This document shows positions 25,143 through 36,478 of a stretch of DNA of 64,000 nt, one piece after another. A model generated the notes under the pieces. It had not been told where the DNA came from. It did not search any database and worked only from the letters and a program-made list of their open reading frames with translations. The translations under genes and the position numbers were made by a program. Location: positions 103,170,001 to 103,234,000 of the forward strand of contig NC_058373.1 of NCBI RefSeq assembly GCF_018350175.1, read 5' to 3'. Source of the DNA: Felis catus. Taxonomy: Eukaryota. Position 1 is the first letter of the stretch, and each line of letters starts with the position of its first letter.

Positions 25143-25796
25143 AAAAACCAGGAAATGAACACTGGTACCATACTAGACCTTATATGCATTTCACTAGATT
25201 TTCCCCTAGTGTGTATTTTCTGTTCTAGGATTTAGTCCAGACTCTCCTCTTAAATTTGCCATCTTGCCTCCTTAGTCTTCTTCGATCTGTGATGGTCCCT
25301 TCCTCAGCCTTTCATGACCGTGACTCTTTTGAGGAGGATTGGTCAGCTGTTTTGTAACTTGTCTCTCAGTTTGGCTTGGTCTAGTGTGTTCTAATGATCA
25401 AAGTGAGGCTATGCAGTTAAGCGCATAGAAGTCATGTGCTCTTTTCTGTGATGCGTATGTCAGCAGTACACGAAGATGAAAGGTCTTCCCTTGATCACTT
25501 GGCTGAGGTGATGTCTGTGTGATTTCTCCTCTGTAAAGTTGCTGTCTTTTCCTTTCTAATTGATGAGCGTCTTCAGGGAAACACTTAGAGACCAATTTTT
25601 GTGTTTCTCCTTAAATTTGTCCACCGATTTTGAGCATCCATCAGTGGATCTTGCCTGCAACAGTTACTACTGTGATTTTGGCCTAAGGGTGATCTTCTAT
25701 TTCCTTCATTCCTTTTACATTTAGTTAACTGGAATTCTTCTGTGAAGAAGAGTTGTCCTTCATTTATGTATTTATCATATCAAAACGAACTATGTA

Positions 25797-25968
25797 GGGG
25801 CACCTAGGTGGCTCAGTCGGTAAGCATCTGACTCTTGGTTTCAGTTCAGGTCATGATCTCACAAGTGTGAGATTAAGCCCCTGCTTAAGATTCTTTCCTC
25901 TGCCTCTACCTGGCTCATATGAATGTTTCCCCTGTCTCTCAAAACTAAAAAAATAAAAAAAAAAAAAA
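25797..25968 (+). mobile_element. Can-SINE (internally deleted, older)
   Basis: ggggcacctaggtggctcagtcgg...caggtcatgatctc...ctctcaaaactaaaaaaata followed by an A tail. Confidence 0.88.
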
Positions 25969-26496
25969 GGAATTGTGGATATCTTTATGCATTATAATCC
26001 AAAAGTATTACTGTTTCTTTTGTTGAAAATGTTCTGGCTTTGGCCACTGGGACCTCCTTCAGGTTTTCTCCAGTGTCCTTTGGACAGCCTTTGTCAAGTA
26101 CTCTCTCGTTTTCTGACACCACAAATGTTTCAAGCTTACCTTGCATTTTCCCTGCCCCAGCCCTGGAGTCGACCACTTTTGCAAGGAACCTTGGTTCCTT
26201 TTACTGGAGAGCGATGCGTAGAAACTAAGATCTGGGTGTTAAATGAGCTCAGTGCTAGTGGCATACCTACACTTGCATGCACATCTATATTTCTAGATCT
26301 GTGTAAATATATCGAGCATTGGTTTATACTGATACCCGAGTCCAATACTGCACAGTCCATTCTAGACTTCTCTCTTATTTCTAACTTGTTTCTTAAACAA
26401 TGAGTAACCTGGTTCCTGTTGTCTACAGTGTTATTTTAGTTATTTGTTTCAGCCCTATTAGGTCATTGAGGGCTCAGTCAGAGAAACAGAAGACCA

Positions 26497-26905
26497 AAGA
26501 ATGAAATATTGCCATTTGTAACCATGTGGATGGAACTAGAGTATATTTTGCTAAGCAAAATAAGTCAAAGAAAGACCAATATCCTATGATTTCACTCCGA
26601 TGTGGAATCTAAGAAACAAAACAGATGAACATAGGAGAAGGGAAGCAAAAATGAGATCAAAACACAGAGGGAGACAAGCCATAAGAGACTCTTAAATACA
26701 GAGAACAAACTGAGCGTTGCTGGTAGGGTGTTGGGTGGGGGGATAGGATAAATGGGTGATGGGCATTAAGGAGGGCACTTGTTGGGATGAGCACTGGGTG
26801 TGATATGTATGTGATGATTCACTAAAATCTGTTCCTGAAATCCATTATTATACCATATGTTAACTAACTTGGATTTAAATTTAAAAATTGAATAATAAAA
26901 AAAAA
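26497..26905 (+). mobile_element. 5'-truncated carnivore L1 (ORF2 end, 3'UTR and A tail)
   Basis: aagaatgaaatattgccatttg...atggaactagag...gagaacaaactgag...ggatgagcactgggtg...atgttaactaacttggatttaaat followed by an A-rich tail. Confidence 0.9.
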
Positions 26906-26907
26906 CA

Positions 26908-27076
26908 GAGCGCCTGGGTGGGTCAGTTGGTTGAGCATCCAACTTTGGCTCAGGTCATGATCTCATGGCTTGTGAGTTGGAGCCCTGCATCAGGCTCTGT
27001 GTTGACAGCTCAGAGCCTGGAGCCTGCTTCACATTCTGTGTCTCCCTCTCTCTCTTTGCCTCTTCCCCACTCATGT

Positions 27077-27108
<32 letters not shown>

Positions 27109-27131
27109 AAAAATAAACATTAAAAAAAAAA
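26908..27131 (+). mobile_element. Can-SINE inserted in the L1 A tail
   Basis: gcgcctgggtgggtcagttggttgagc...ctcaaaataaacattaaaaaaaaa. Confidence 0.92.
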
Positions 27132-29264
27132 TTGCAAAACACCCCCCCAAAAAAAACTAGTAGAAGACCTACTAAAAGATTTGTTGCAAGGAATTCTCTT
27201 CTGTGATTGTGGAGCCTGGCTAGGCAAGTCTGAAATCCAGAGGGCAGGCTGGCACTCTTGGCTAGGAGCTAAAGCTGCTGTCCACAGACAGAATTTCTTC
27301 AGGGAAGCCTTTGCTTTGTTGTTAAGGCCTTTCAACTGATCGAATCAGGCCCACATAGATTATCTAGGACAATTGCCCTTATTAAAACCACCTGATTATG
27401 GACTTAAGTCACATCTAAAAATTACCTTCACAGCCACACCTAGAGGAGTGTTTAACTGAATAAGTGGGGTTTGTGGTCTAGCCCAATTGACCCCTAAAAC
27501 TGACCATCATACCTCCTAAATCAATAAAGCAGTTATAGAATTGCTAACCCATACTTTCTATGAGAAATAGTAAGGTACCCCAGTCTGGTTTTTTAAAGCA
27601 ATCTGTTTTCTATGTAAAATTTGTAGATGCAATGATAAATATAGGATAGCACTTGCCAATCTGCAGTTATTCCTATTGTTGATAACCTTGTTTATCACCT
27701 TCCTCACTAGACCCTATTCAGTCTTGCCCTATATCTCCAAGACTTGGTACAGTTACTAGAACAGTGACTTGCTGTTGAATGAACAACGTGAATAAGATTA
27801 TCCTTCCAATATTTCTTTATTACCAATGTTCCCCTTTGCCAGTGTTTCCATTAAACAAGAGGAATGAAGTCACAAGACCCAGTTTAGAAGGGAGCATAAT
27901 GAGACCAAAAGTTGGGTAGTGGGTTAAATCCTGGATTCCAAGGAAATGTTGGATAAACATCCTCTGTACTTAGGGTTAATACTGAAATAGTTCACTGAAA
28001 GACCAAAATCCACCCCTTTCTTGGAATGCCTGCTTCCCTTCTCTCCCGCCTCCTCCCCCTCCCCCCCCTCCCCCCCCCCCCACTTCTACAAGTTCTGCTT
28101 GGTTAGTTTCTGTGCTTTAGAGAAAAGGATACCCTCCAATAGTTTGAAGCTTCAAAACAGATACATTCAAGGTATTACCAAACGGTGCAATTCACTTTTT
28201 TGCTGTTTTGGAGTAGTATCATGATGCAAGCTGTCATTTCTCCTATGCCATGCATTCGGGCTATAGAGAGGAAAAGATAGGGACTCTGCTACTAAAGCAT
28301 ATATATTCTCGGGCACTGATTTTCTGTCTTCAGTAGTGCATGCTTCTGTTTCAAAGGGGAAAAAATTATCTGGCATGCCCAGTGTTGACTTACATTACTT
28401 TTGCAATGTTACTTCAGTACGTACAGCCATGTCACTCGGAATAAACCCCTTATGTCTCCTGTCAATTTGCGATGAAGTATAAAACTAGAGAGTCCCTGAA
28501 ATCCAAATTAACTGTATTAATTTAACGGGACAGATGATACTGTTTTGCTAAAACACAAGCACCCTCTGCAATACAAAATACTGCGTCAACTCCTCAGGGC
28601 CCAGACTTTTCAGTTTGGCATGACTCTACTGCCCTGGCATGACTCAGACTTCCCACCAGCATACAGAAGTCTTTGTGCTGGATTTCATTGGACCTTCTGT
28701 CGACCCAGATGCATCGTCAGCATAGTAGGTCTGCCTTTGTTGGTTTCTCGTTAGTGCCCAGCAACTGAAGTGGGAATAGTTTGCCCCGTTTTGGTTCTAA
28801 ATGCAGAACAACCTGAGATGCCAGAAGAGAAGATAGAAAATACCCTTCTTGATGTGGACCCCTAAGAATATGTGCACAAGTCCCTGTTGGAGAAAATGCT
28901 GGTTCAGTAAGAGAGCCGTGCAAGCACAGTTACCACGTGCTGACGTGGTGCCGTACTCAAGTTCTGTGTGAGGGGCCAGGGATGGTGGACAAGATGCTGA
29001 CACCTGGGACGAAACTTGAAGGATGAGCAGGAGGGAGGAAAGAATAACATGTAGGAGGCCGTGGGGGCCCGGTGGCATGGGCGGTTCAGTACTGTTGGAA
29101 TGTACCACAAAGGAGGACTTCTGAACTTGATGGTATCCCCCTTACACAGTCCTTATTCTAGAACTCTGGTGTTTACACCAGGGAGAAACTTCACTTGTGT
29201 TATATAACACTATAAAGTCTTCATTTTTCTGCTGAGGAGTGGTCTTTTTTTTTTTTTTTTTTTA

Positions 29265-30062
29265 AAGCTTCAACTATAATTTCTACACCATTCCATTTCC
29301 CTATTTCAGCATACAGTTCAATGGTTCTACAAGTTGACAGTCACTTATAAATACAGGTGTAGAACATTTCCATCACCCCGTAGTGTTCCCTCATGCCAGT
29401 GTGTGGTGAATTCGTGCTCCTACTTTCTGTTCCTATAGTTTTGCCATTTCTAGAGATTTCCTATAAATAGGATCCTACAGCATGGAGTCTCGCGTGTCTG
29501 CCTTGTTTCATTTAACATCATGTTTTGGAGCTTGATGCATATTGCAGGGTGTCAGGGCTTCATTCCTTTTCATGACCAAACGAATATTCCATTGTGTGGA
29601 TGTACCACATAGTGTTTATCCATTCACCAGTGACCGATGGACACTTGGATTGTTTCTGATCTGGGGCTGTTAGGAATAACGTGACCATAGATATTTGCTT
29701 GCAAGTCTTTATATGGACAGATGTTTTAGTTTTTCTTTGGTAGATACTTAGGAGTGGAATTACTAGATGTAAGAAGCGTATGTTTAACTTAAATTTTTTT
29801 AATGTTTATTTTTGAGAGAGAGACAGAGCTTGAGTGGAGGGGGGCAGGTGGGCAGAGAGAGAGGGAGACACAGAATCCAAAGTAGGCTCCAGGCTCCGAG
29901 CAGTCAGCGCAGAGCCCAATGCAGGGCTCGGACTCACCAGCCCTGAGATCCTGACCTGAGCCGAAGTCGGACGCTTAACCGACTGAGCCACCCAGGCACC
30001 CCGTGTTCAATTTCTTTTTAAGAAACTGCCGAACTGTTCTTCAGAGATGCTGTGCCATCTTA
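29265..30062 (-). mobile_element. Old L1 3' fragment (L1MB-like) interrupted by a SINE
   Basis: agaacatttccatcacccc...attccattgtgtggatgtaccaca...ttatccattcaccag...aggagtggaatt...tttaagaaactgcc. Confidence 0.8.
29794..30002 (-). mobile_element. Can-SINE
   Basis: SINE body ending gagccacccaggcacccc, with a degenerate TSD tgtttaactt / tgttcaattt. Confidence 0.93.
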
Positions 30063-32883
30063 CTGCGGGCATAGTCTTACTGGCAACAAGTGACTGTGTG
30101 CATGGGGCAGGCGGAAGAGAGGACGTGAAAGCCACTGTGGGTGGGATGGTTGCTTGTCTCCTGCTAGGTGTTCTGAATTCCCGCACCAGCACTGAATTGT
30201 GCAGGATGGAATTCTGAGGATACTGCTCTTTCTGTTCATCGTTTTTCTCTTTATGAGCTCTGGTTTTATGTGAACTTTTCGTCTGACACTGGAATCTGGG
30301 AAAAAACACCCCTGTAGTGATCTCCAACTGAGTTAAAACAACCTCTTTATAACTCTGTCTTGCTATTACTTTTAGAAAGTTCTCTGGCTCTGCTTTTAGA
30401 AAGTTCGGGAAAAGCCAGGAATATGGAGGAGGATGAGTGGATATTTAAGTGTGTGGTTTGGGTGTGTGTCTAAAAGGAAAGCTAGAGTATCTTTATGTCC
30501 TTACCAGTGCAGTGTTTTGACCACAGCATTATTAGTGTGACAAGTTGTATTGGAATCAGATTTGGTACAGGACTGGGTGTTTGAAGTGTAAACAGCCGGG
30601 GAACAGACAGGTTGAGGTTTAATGTTTTAATAGCACTAGATGCAAAGTACAGATTACTTCATACCTTTTTGGTCACAATATGAAGTTTGCCAAGTTTGGT
30701 AGATCTCTTGCCCCTGCCTCCCTCCCTGTTTTTGGCACCACAAAGCAGTGATGCAAACCAGGACCTGGAAGTCAGCCCGGATGCTTCCCTCCCCTCCCAC
30801 ATCTTGTGGGTCACTAAATTAAAAAAAAAAAAAAATTTTTTTTTTCTTCTGACTGGACTCCTCTTTGCTGTTCCCCTCCTCTCCCCCACCCCCCGGGTCT
30901 GTTACCCCCTGATCCCTTTTTTCTCTGTCCGAGTCCCTCCTTCCCCATGTCTCAATGCTACTGGAGAGATCTGTTAGCAGTGAAAAGCAGTTTATGTGCC
31001 CCTGTGAGGATCTGTGTAAAAATGTGTGTGGCGCATGTCGCCTAGAGGGTGAAGTGTAAACTTTCCATCGTGTGAAAGGGTTTTCACGGTGCCGGCCCCT
31101 GCGGCCCGTCACGTACAGCCTGCAGCCTCAGGGAGCTGCCCGTGGCTGCTCGGATGCCCCTGCCTCTCTGGAATGTCCAGCCTTTGCAGATCCTGTTCTG
31201 GTGGTTGGGGAGACCTGTCCTCCTCCATCCTTGTCCCCCCCCCCAAACCCCTGAGTTCATCTTTCCAAGACTGCGGTGCCTAGGTGACCCGAAACCTTCT
31301 CAGATGCCTTTACCTCCCCCCGCCCCTCTCTTCCTGCTGCCTCCCTGCACTTTTACCTGCCTCTCTATCGGACTTGGTCCCACAACACTGCAACTGTGAG
31401 CCTACTGTTCTGTCCCTCACTGGGCTGTGTACTCCTAGGTAGCAGGGAGTTCTCTAGGTTCGAGACCCTGCCATCTCGTACAGTGCGTGGCCCCAAGTGT
31501 GAACTCAGAATTTGCAGACAGGGAGCTGAGGAGTCTGGGCTAAAGGTGGGTGGGAGCAGTAGATAATTTGTGGGAAGTGAGATGCCATCTGTGAGCACTG
31601 GGAGGAGGCATGTTGGGTCACTCTGTGTCTTTCAGGTAAGTGTAGGATGCAAACTCACCTGCTGGTTGGAAGAGTGATCCCACCTCCTTATATTCTTTCG
31701 GTACTCAGAAGCCCCCATGTTCAGAAATTATAGAATTAATATTTTACCAGATCCTTGTACACTAGGTTTTAAGTACTCTTTTCTTGTTGTTGTTAGCCTT
31801 AGTATGCATGGATCCTTCTGTGAAGGCAAATAAACATTTAAACGAGAACTGTAATAAAATTGAAACAAGAGTTGTGAGGTTAGATGCCAAAATGTGTGAA
31901 CCTATTAAGTAAGCTTTCAACCACACATTCCTGATCATTGAAAAGTGAGGGCTTTGCATACAATGTACTTTTTTTCCTGTTTAAATTTCTCTTCATGCAT
32001 AGTTCTGCTTCATTCTAGTTAGGTATTCTGGACACCGCAGTTCATCCTTTATCCTTTTTTATTTCTACAACTTGCCAAGGTAATCGCACATGGAATTACG
32101 CTTTATAAAATAATGCCTGCCCGAAGGAGCATGGGGGCCCAGGAAGACAATACTGAGGGCAGAAATGTAAGAATATATCTCATCACCAAGTATTTTTCCA
32201 TTCGGTTTCACCAGTTCCAGTTTCCTTGGAGATTGGAGCCCACCTTTTACTTTTTCAACCATATTACAATTGTGAAAAATCTTTTTGTCCTCCTGCTAGA
32301 TTAATTTTTACCCGACCTTTGGGAGTTGTATTGCCTCAGTTCATTTTGAGATTATATCATTTCTCCTACCTTTGCAGCATCTGTGAATAAGGTGTTATTG
32401 ATCTCTATTTAAAATATTGTGTACTTTATATTTCTCTTGGTTTCAGAGCTCAAGTGTCTTTAGAGGATAATGCAAATATTTTCTTATTTTTAAAGGACAC
32501 TTAATGTCTGTCTTCTCGCGTACAAAACATCCATCTTTTTTCCTGCCTTTGTTTTTTGGTAGTCGTGGGAGATTTAACAGGTCATGCTTCCCTATAACTT
32601 TGTATGCTGGTCCCAGCTATGTTGTGCACAAGATCAATGACTTTCCTAGAAATGTGTAGGATAGATATTACCAGTATTGTTAGGGGGAAACTTTAATAAC
32701 TTAGATCTCTTATTCATGCTATGTTCCTTCTCAAGGCAGGTATAAAGGTAAATAAGGTAAAGTGCTTTGATCTCCTCAAAAGTAAAACAGTTTGAGGAGG
32801 AAATATTATACAGAGCGTGTCACTGGCAAAAGCACATTGTAACTGTCAGGTGTGTGTGGTGGTTAACATGAAGATCCAGTGTT

Positions 32884-32976
32884 GGGGTGCCTGGGTGGCT
32901 CCGTCGGTTGAGCGTCTGACTTACTTGTGCTCTATCTCTCAAAAATACATACGTTAAAAATAAATAAATAAAAAAT
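32884..32976 (+). mobile_element. Internally deleted mini Can-SINE (about 90 bp)
   Basis: ggggtgcctgggtggctccgtcggttgagcgtctgactt is joined directly to the tail ...tgctctatctctcaaaaata...aataaataaa. Confidence 0.85.
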
Positions 32977-33232
32977 ATCTGGTGTGAACTGCCAGAATGC
33001 CATCTTGAAGGAAATAGTTTCCCCGCACATAACCAAAGTAAAGACATTCACTTAGAGTTTCAGATGAAGATGTGCTGTAATGAATCCCATTGTATGTTGA
33101 TCCCATATAATCTCCCAATTGATCGCATTGCCTGCTACCCCCTTTTTTGTTGGTGACCTTTTAAAATACATTTCGTAGTCACTTTAACTTTTTTAGGCCA
33201 GCTTATATATCCGACACAATACTGAGCAGTGG

Positions 33233-33690
33233 TGTTATGCCCAGAATTCGCCATCCCAAAAGACCACCAGGGAGCCAAGTCTGATGCAAAAGCAAAGAGC
33301 CTTTATTCAAGCTAGCTGGAGCTCCATCCCCTACCTGCACCAACGCAGCAGTCAGATGCGGAGAAGCCAGCGAGTTTCAAAAGCACAAAGGTTTTATAGG
33401 CGTCTAGGGGCAGTTGGTGAGGTAATGGTTGTGGCCTCCGCCGATTGGCCAGGGAAGGGTCGTGGCCTCCGCTGATTGGCCGGGGAAGGGTCGGAGTCCT
33501 GTTATGCAGGTTGCCGGGCATGTTTTGATCGGGAAGTTTGAACGGGTGAGTGGGAGGTTACTCAAGGGGAGGAGGCGTGGTCTGAGGTTTCTGCGGTTTT
33601 CCCGGAAATGGGGCCATGTTGGGGACATAGTGACTCAAGATGGAGGACACAGAACAAGATGGAGTCGGCCGGCGTAGGTCCGCTTGTTCA
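33233..33690 (-). mobile_element. Solo LTR of a class I (ERV1/gammaretrovirus-like) endogenous retrovirus, 458 bp
   Basis: TG...CA termini (TGAACAAG...CATAACA on -) and a 4-bp TSD GTGG at 33229-33232 and 33691-33694. On - strand: two CCAAT boxes, TATAAAA (33392-33398) and AATAAA (33302-33307) in U3-R-U5 order. Confidence 0.88.
33431..33492. repeat. 31-bp tandem duplication in the LTR U3, each unit with a CCAAT box
   Basis: gtggcctccgccgattggccagggaagggtc / gtggcctccgctgattggccggggaagggtc, 2 mismatches. Confidence 0.92.
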
Positions 33691-34639
33691 GTGGCATGTT
33701 TATTAATGTATTTTGGGAGTAAAGATTTTATATCAATAAGAAAGTCTAAATATCTTTATGTATTTCAAGGTATTTACAATACCTGGAAAAGTCTTTTACG
33801 ATCTCTTATTTCCATAATTCTAAATATCTAAAAGGCTGTCCGGTAGGAAAGGGAAAAGACTTACTTGTATTGTTTGAAAAGACTTGATACGGACACTGGG
33901 TACACAAGGTAAGGAAGCCAAATTTAACTTGAAGACTCGTCACAGAGGCCTGGCCTCCCTTGTGGCTGCCTTCCCACGGTGGCTGGCCGGCCACCTTCTG
34001 TCTCAAAAAGCAGAGTGGACTCTTGGCAGCAGTGGAGATCCCAAAGGTTGCTTCAGACTTGACAGGTAAGACTGAAGTTGAAGGAGATGAAATGAGATTA
34101 CCTTTTGGACATTAAGGACTTAAGAAATGAGAGGTGCCAATACCTCTGTCGCGTTTACAGCTGGAGCTTAGAAAGAAAAGGTGAAATGAGATTGAAGGTA
34201 AATTGGGTGCTGCTGGCTAGAGGCTCCGGTGGTGTTGCAGCCCACACCCGCAGTGTGGGGTGTGTGGCCTCTTTGAAGCGTCTCGGTAACTCAGCAGCTG
34301 CAGGAGCTCAGGGGCACATAGTCCCTGCATATACAGTCCCTTCTGTCTCTCCCTGCCCTCTTCTTCTGTTTACCAGGGGCCTTTGCACTTCCTATCCTAT
34401 GCATTGCTCTATGGTTTCCTTCTCTGTGAACCCTTTTGTTCGGTGTTCCTATTTACCCCATGCTTAACTGACTCAGGTGCTCCGTCCTTGGCACTCCCTT
34501 AGCACTGGACACAGACCTGTTTCAGAACAGCACTCTGTTTTGTAAATGGTGTATCTGTCTCGGGGGACTGTACTTGCTAAACATGTCGCATGAACTTGAC
34601 CTTACCTCAACCAATGGAATGTACCTGTTCAGCCAGGAC

Positions 34640-34845
34640 TTAATCAGAGTGTTTGGATTTTCACCCCAGCTCTGTGATGGCGTGCAGGCTGCCTAACCAG
34701 TGCCTCAGTTTCTCATCTATGGGATGAGGATATTAACAAGCCCCATGCCCCTGCAGTCTTGTGAAGGAGATTAAATGAGTTGATACGTGTAAGGTGCTTA
34801 GAATAGAGTCAAGTAAGTGTTTAATGAGTTATAGCTATTATCTGG
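34640..34845 (+). mobile_element. MIR remnant
   Basis: tgcctcagtttctcatctatggg...gagattaaatgagttgatacgtgtaaggtgcttagaatag. Confidence 0.7.
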
Positions 34846-34912
34846 ATCAAAGCTGAGAACCAAGTTATTGAGAAAAAAATTACTAGTAGAGCTTATTTAA
34901 GAAAGTGGAGCA

Positions 34913-35124
34913 GGGGCGCCTGGGTGGCGCAGTCAGTTAAGCGTCCGACTTCAGCCAGGTCACGATCTCGCGGTCCGGGAGTTTGAGCCCCGCGTCGGGC
35001 CATGGGCTGATGGCTCGGAGCCTGGAGCCTGTTTCTGATTCTGTGTCTCCCTCTCTCTCTGCCCCTCCCCCGTTCATGCTCTGTCTCTCTCTGTCCCAAA
35101 AATAAATAAAACGTTGAAAAAAAA
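34913..35124 (+). mobile_element. Young SINEC_Fc
   Basis: Near-consensus and CpG-rich. Perfect 18-bp TSD atttaagaaagtggagca at 34895-34912 and 35125-35142. Confidence 0.97.
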
Positions 35125-35193
35125 ATTTAAGAAAGTGGAGCAAATTTTGGGCTAAAAACAAAATAAAGTTCCTCTTAAAGATACTCCAAAACA

Positions 35194-35828
35194 CAGTAAA
35201 ACCTTGGTTTGTGAGCATTATTCATTCCGAAAACATGCTTATAATCCAAAGCACTTGTATGTCAAAGCAATTTTCCCCATTGGAAATAATGGAAACTCAG
35301 ATGATTCATTCCACAACCCCAAAATACTCATATTAAATAAGTAGCAATAAATAATTAATAACTACTGTAATACAAAGTAATAAAATACAAAATATTAAAA
35401 ATTAACCTGCACTTACCTTTGAAAACCTTCGTGGCTGGCGTGAGGGAGACAGAGAGGGGAGGGTTATTGTGTAGAATGACTTTGACTGTCACTAATGAAT
35501 CACTGCTATCTATTGGCTCAGTGGAATCTTTTTTCTTTTTTTTTTTTTTCTTTTTTCCATGCAGCTTTAACAAGGAAGTTATCCAGTGACACTTACTTTT
35601 GCCTCCTTCTGAGGATTTTGCAGAAATGTGACATTGCATTGATGGTCACCCACAGTCCACAGTGAGAGAGGGAACCATTGGCTCAGTTATGATCAGGTGA
35701 TGTTTGGCATCACGTACTACTTGTACTGCAAGATGTTGCTTGTTTATCAAGTTATAGTTTATTAGAAATGTTTGCTTGTCTTGCAGAACACTTGCAGAAC
35801 AAGATACTTGCAATCCAAGATTTTACTA
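35194..35828 (-). mobile_element. Non-autonomous Tigger/pogo-type DNA transposon, 635 bp, with a transposase C-terminal remnant
   Basis: TIRs cagtaaaaccttgg ... ccaagattttacta, flanked by CA (mutated TA) and TA. Minus strand 35640-35560 reads NAMSHFCKILRRRQK*VSLDNFLVKAA, resembling the Tigger/TIGD1-like C-terminal QxSLDxF motif. Confidence 0.85.
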
Positions 35829-36255
35829 TATACCTAAAATAACAGAGCTGGAAATCTAGTAGCTATTTCCTCTCTCTTGAAATAGCCCACCATTGAGCTG
35901 TCCATGATGAGTGTACTTCCTAGGGGCCTTTAGGAGGCCAGGTCCCTTTTCTTTTATTACTCAAAGACTTGGTCTCACATTGTACAGGCTGTCCTATTTT
36001 CTGGCCATGTTCCAGCCCTCAGGGAAGAGAAAGGTCAGGGAGAGGGTCTCCACTGTAAGGAGAGAAGCCAGAAATTGTTTGCATTGCTTATGGTCCTATT
36101 TCGCTGTCCCAAACAGTCACATAACCACAACCAGCAGCAAGGGAAACCAAGGGGGTTCTAGCTTTGCCACTGAATGACACTAAGACTTTGGGGAAGTTGC
36201 TTAGCCTCTCTGTGCCTTTTTTTTTTTTTTTTTTTTTGTCTTTAAAATGAGGGTA

Positions 36256-36392
36256 GGGGCGCTGGTTGGCTCAGTCGGTTAGGCATTTGACTCTTGATTT
36301 CAGCTAAGGTCATGCTCTCATGGTTTGTGGGAGCCTGCTTGGGATTCTCTGTCTCTCCCTTTCTCTCTGCCTTTCCCCCACATATGTTTCTG

Positions 36393-36423
<31 letters not shown>

Positions 36424-36478
36424 TTCAATCTCTCTCTCTCTCTCTCTCTTTCAATCTCTCTCTCTAAATAAACATTAA
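36256..36478 (+). mobile_element. Can-SINE (internal deletion, long CT tract) inserted in a MIR (about 36150-36590)
   Basis: TSD aaaatgagggta / aaaatgggggta. MIR sequence (gcttagcctctctgtgcc...cacagggttgtggtgagg...cagcacctggcaca) lies on both sides. Confidence 0.88.

Larger units (their letters stand above)
26455..27511 (-). mobile_element. ERVL solo LTR (MLT2C/D-like), split by an L1 fragment and a SINE
   Basis: cagagaaacagaa...gcaaggaatt...gctggctaggcaagtctgaaatc...aggcctttcaactgatcgaatcaggcccac...ctagcccaattgacccctaaaactgaccatca is a reverse MLT2 LTR. Confidence 0.75.
24790..27570 (-). mobile_element. Old L1 3' region (L1MC/MD-like), interrupted by three SINEs, an MLT2 LTR and a younger L1
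   Basis: tttgaataattttaattttac...aactgcagaaactgtacagagagt...aaaaccaggaaattg/aacactggtacc, and tagaattgctaacccatac resuming after the LTR. Subfamily is tentative. Confidence 0.6.

Noticed and set aside
28045..28081. C-rich tract with G-quadruplex potential on the minus strand
   Set aside because: A low-complexity homopolymer expansion with no evidence of function.
33431..33492. CRISPR-like direct repeats
   Set aside because: Two adjacent units with no spacer inside a retroviral LTR in mammalian DNA; an ordinary U3 duplication.
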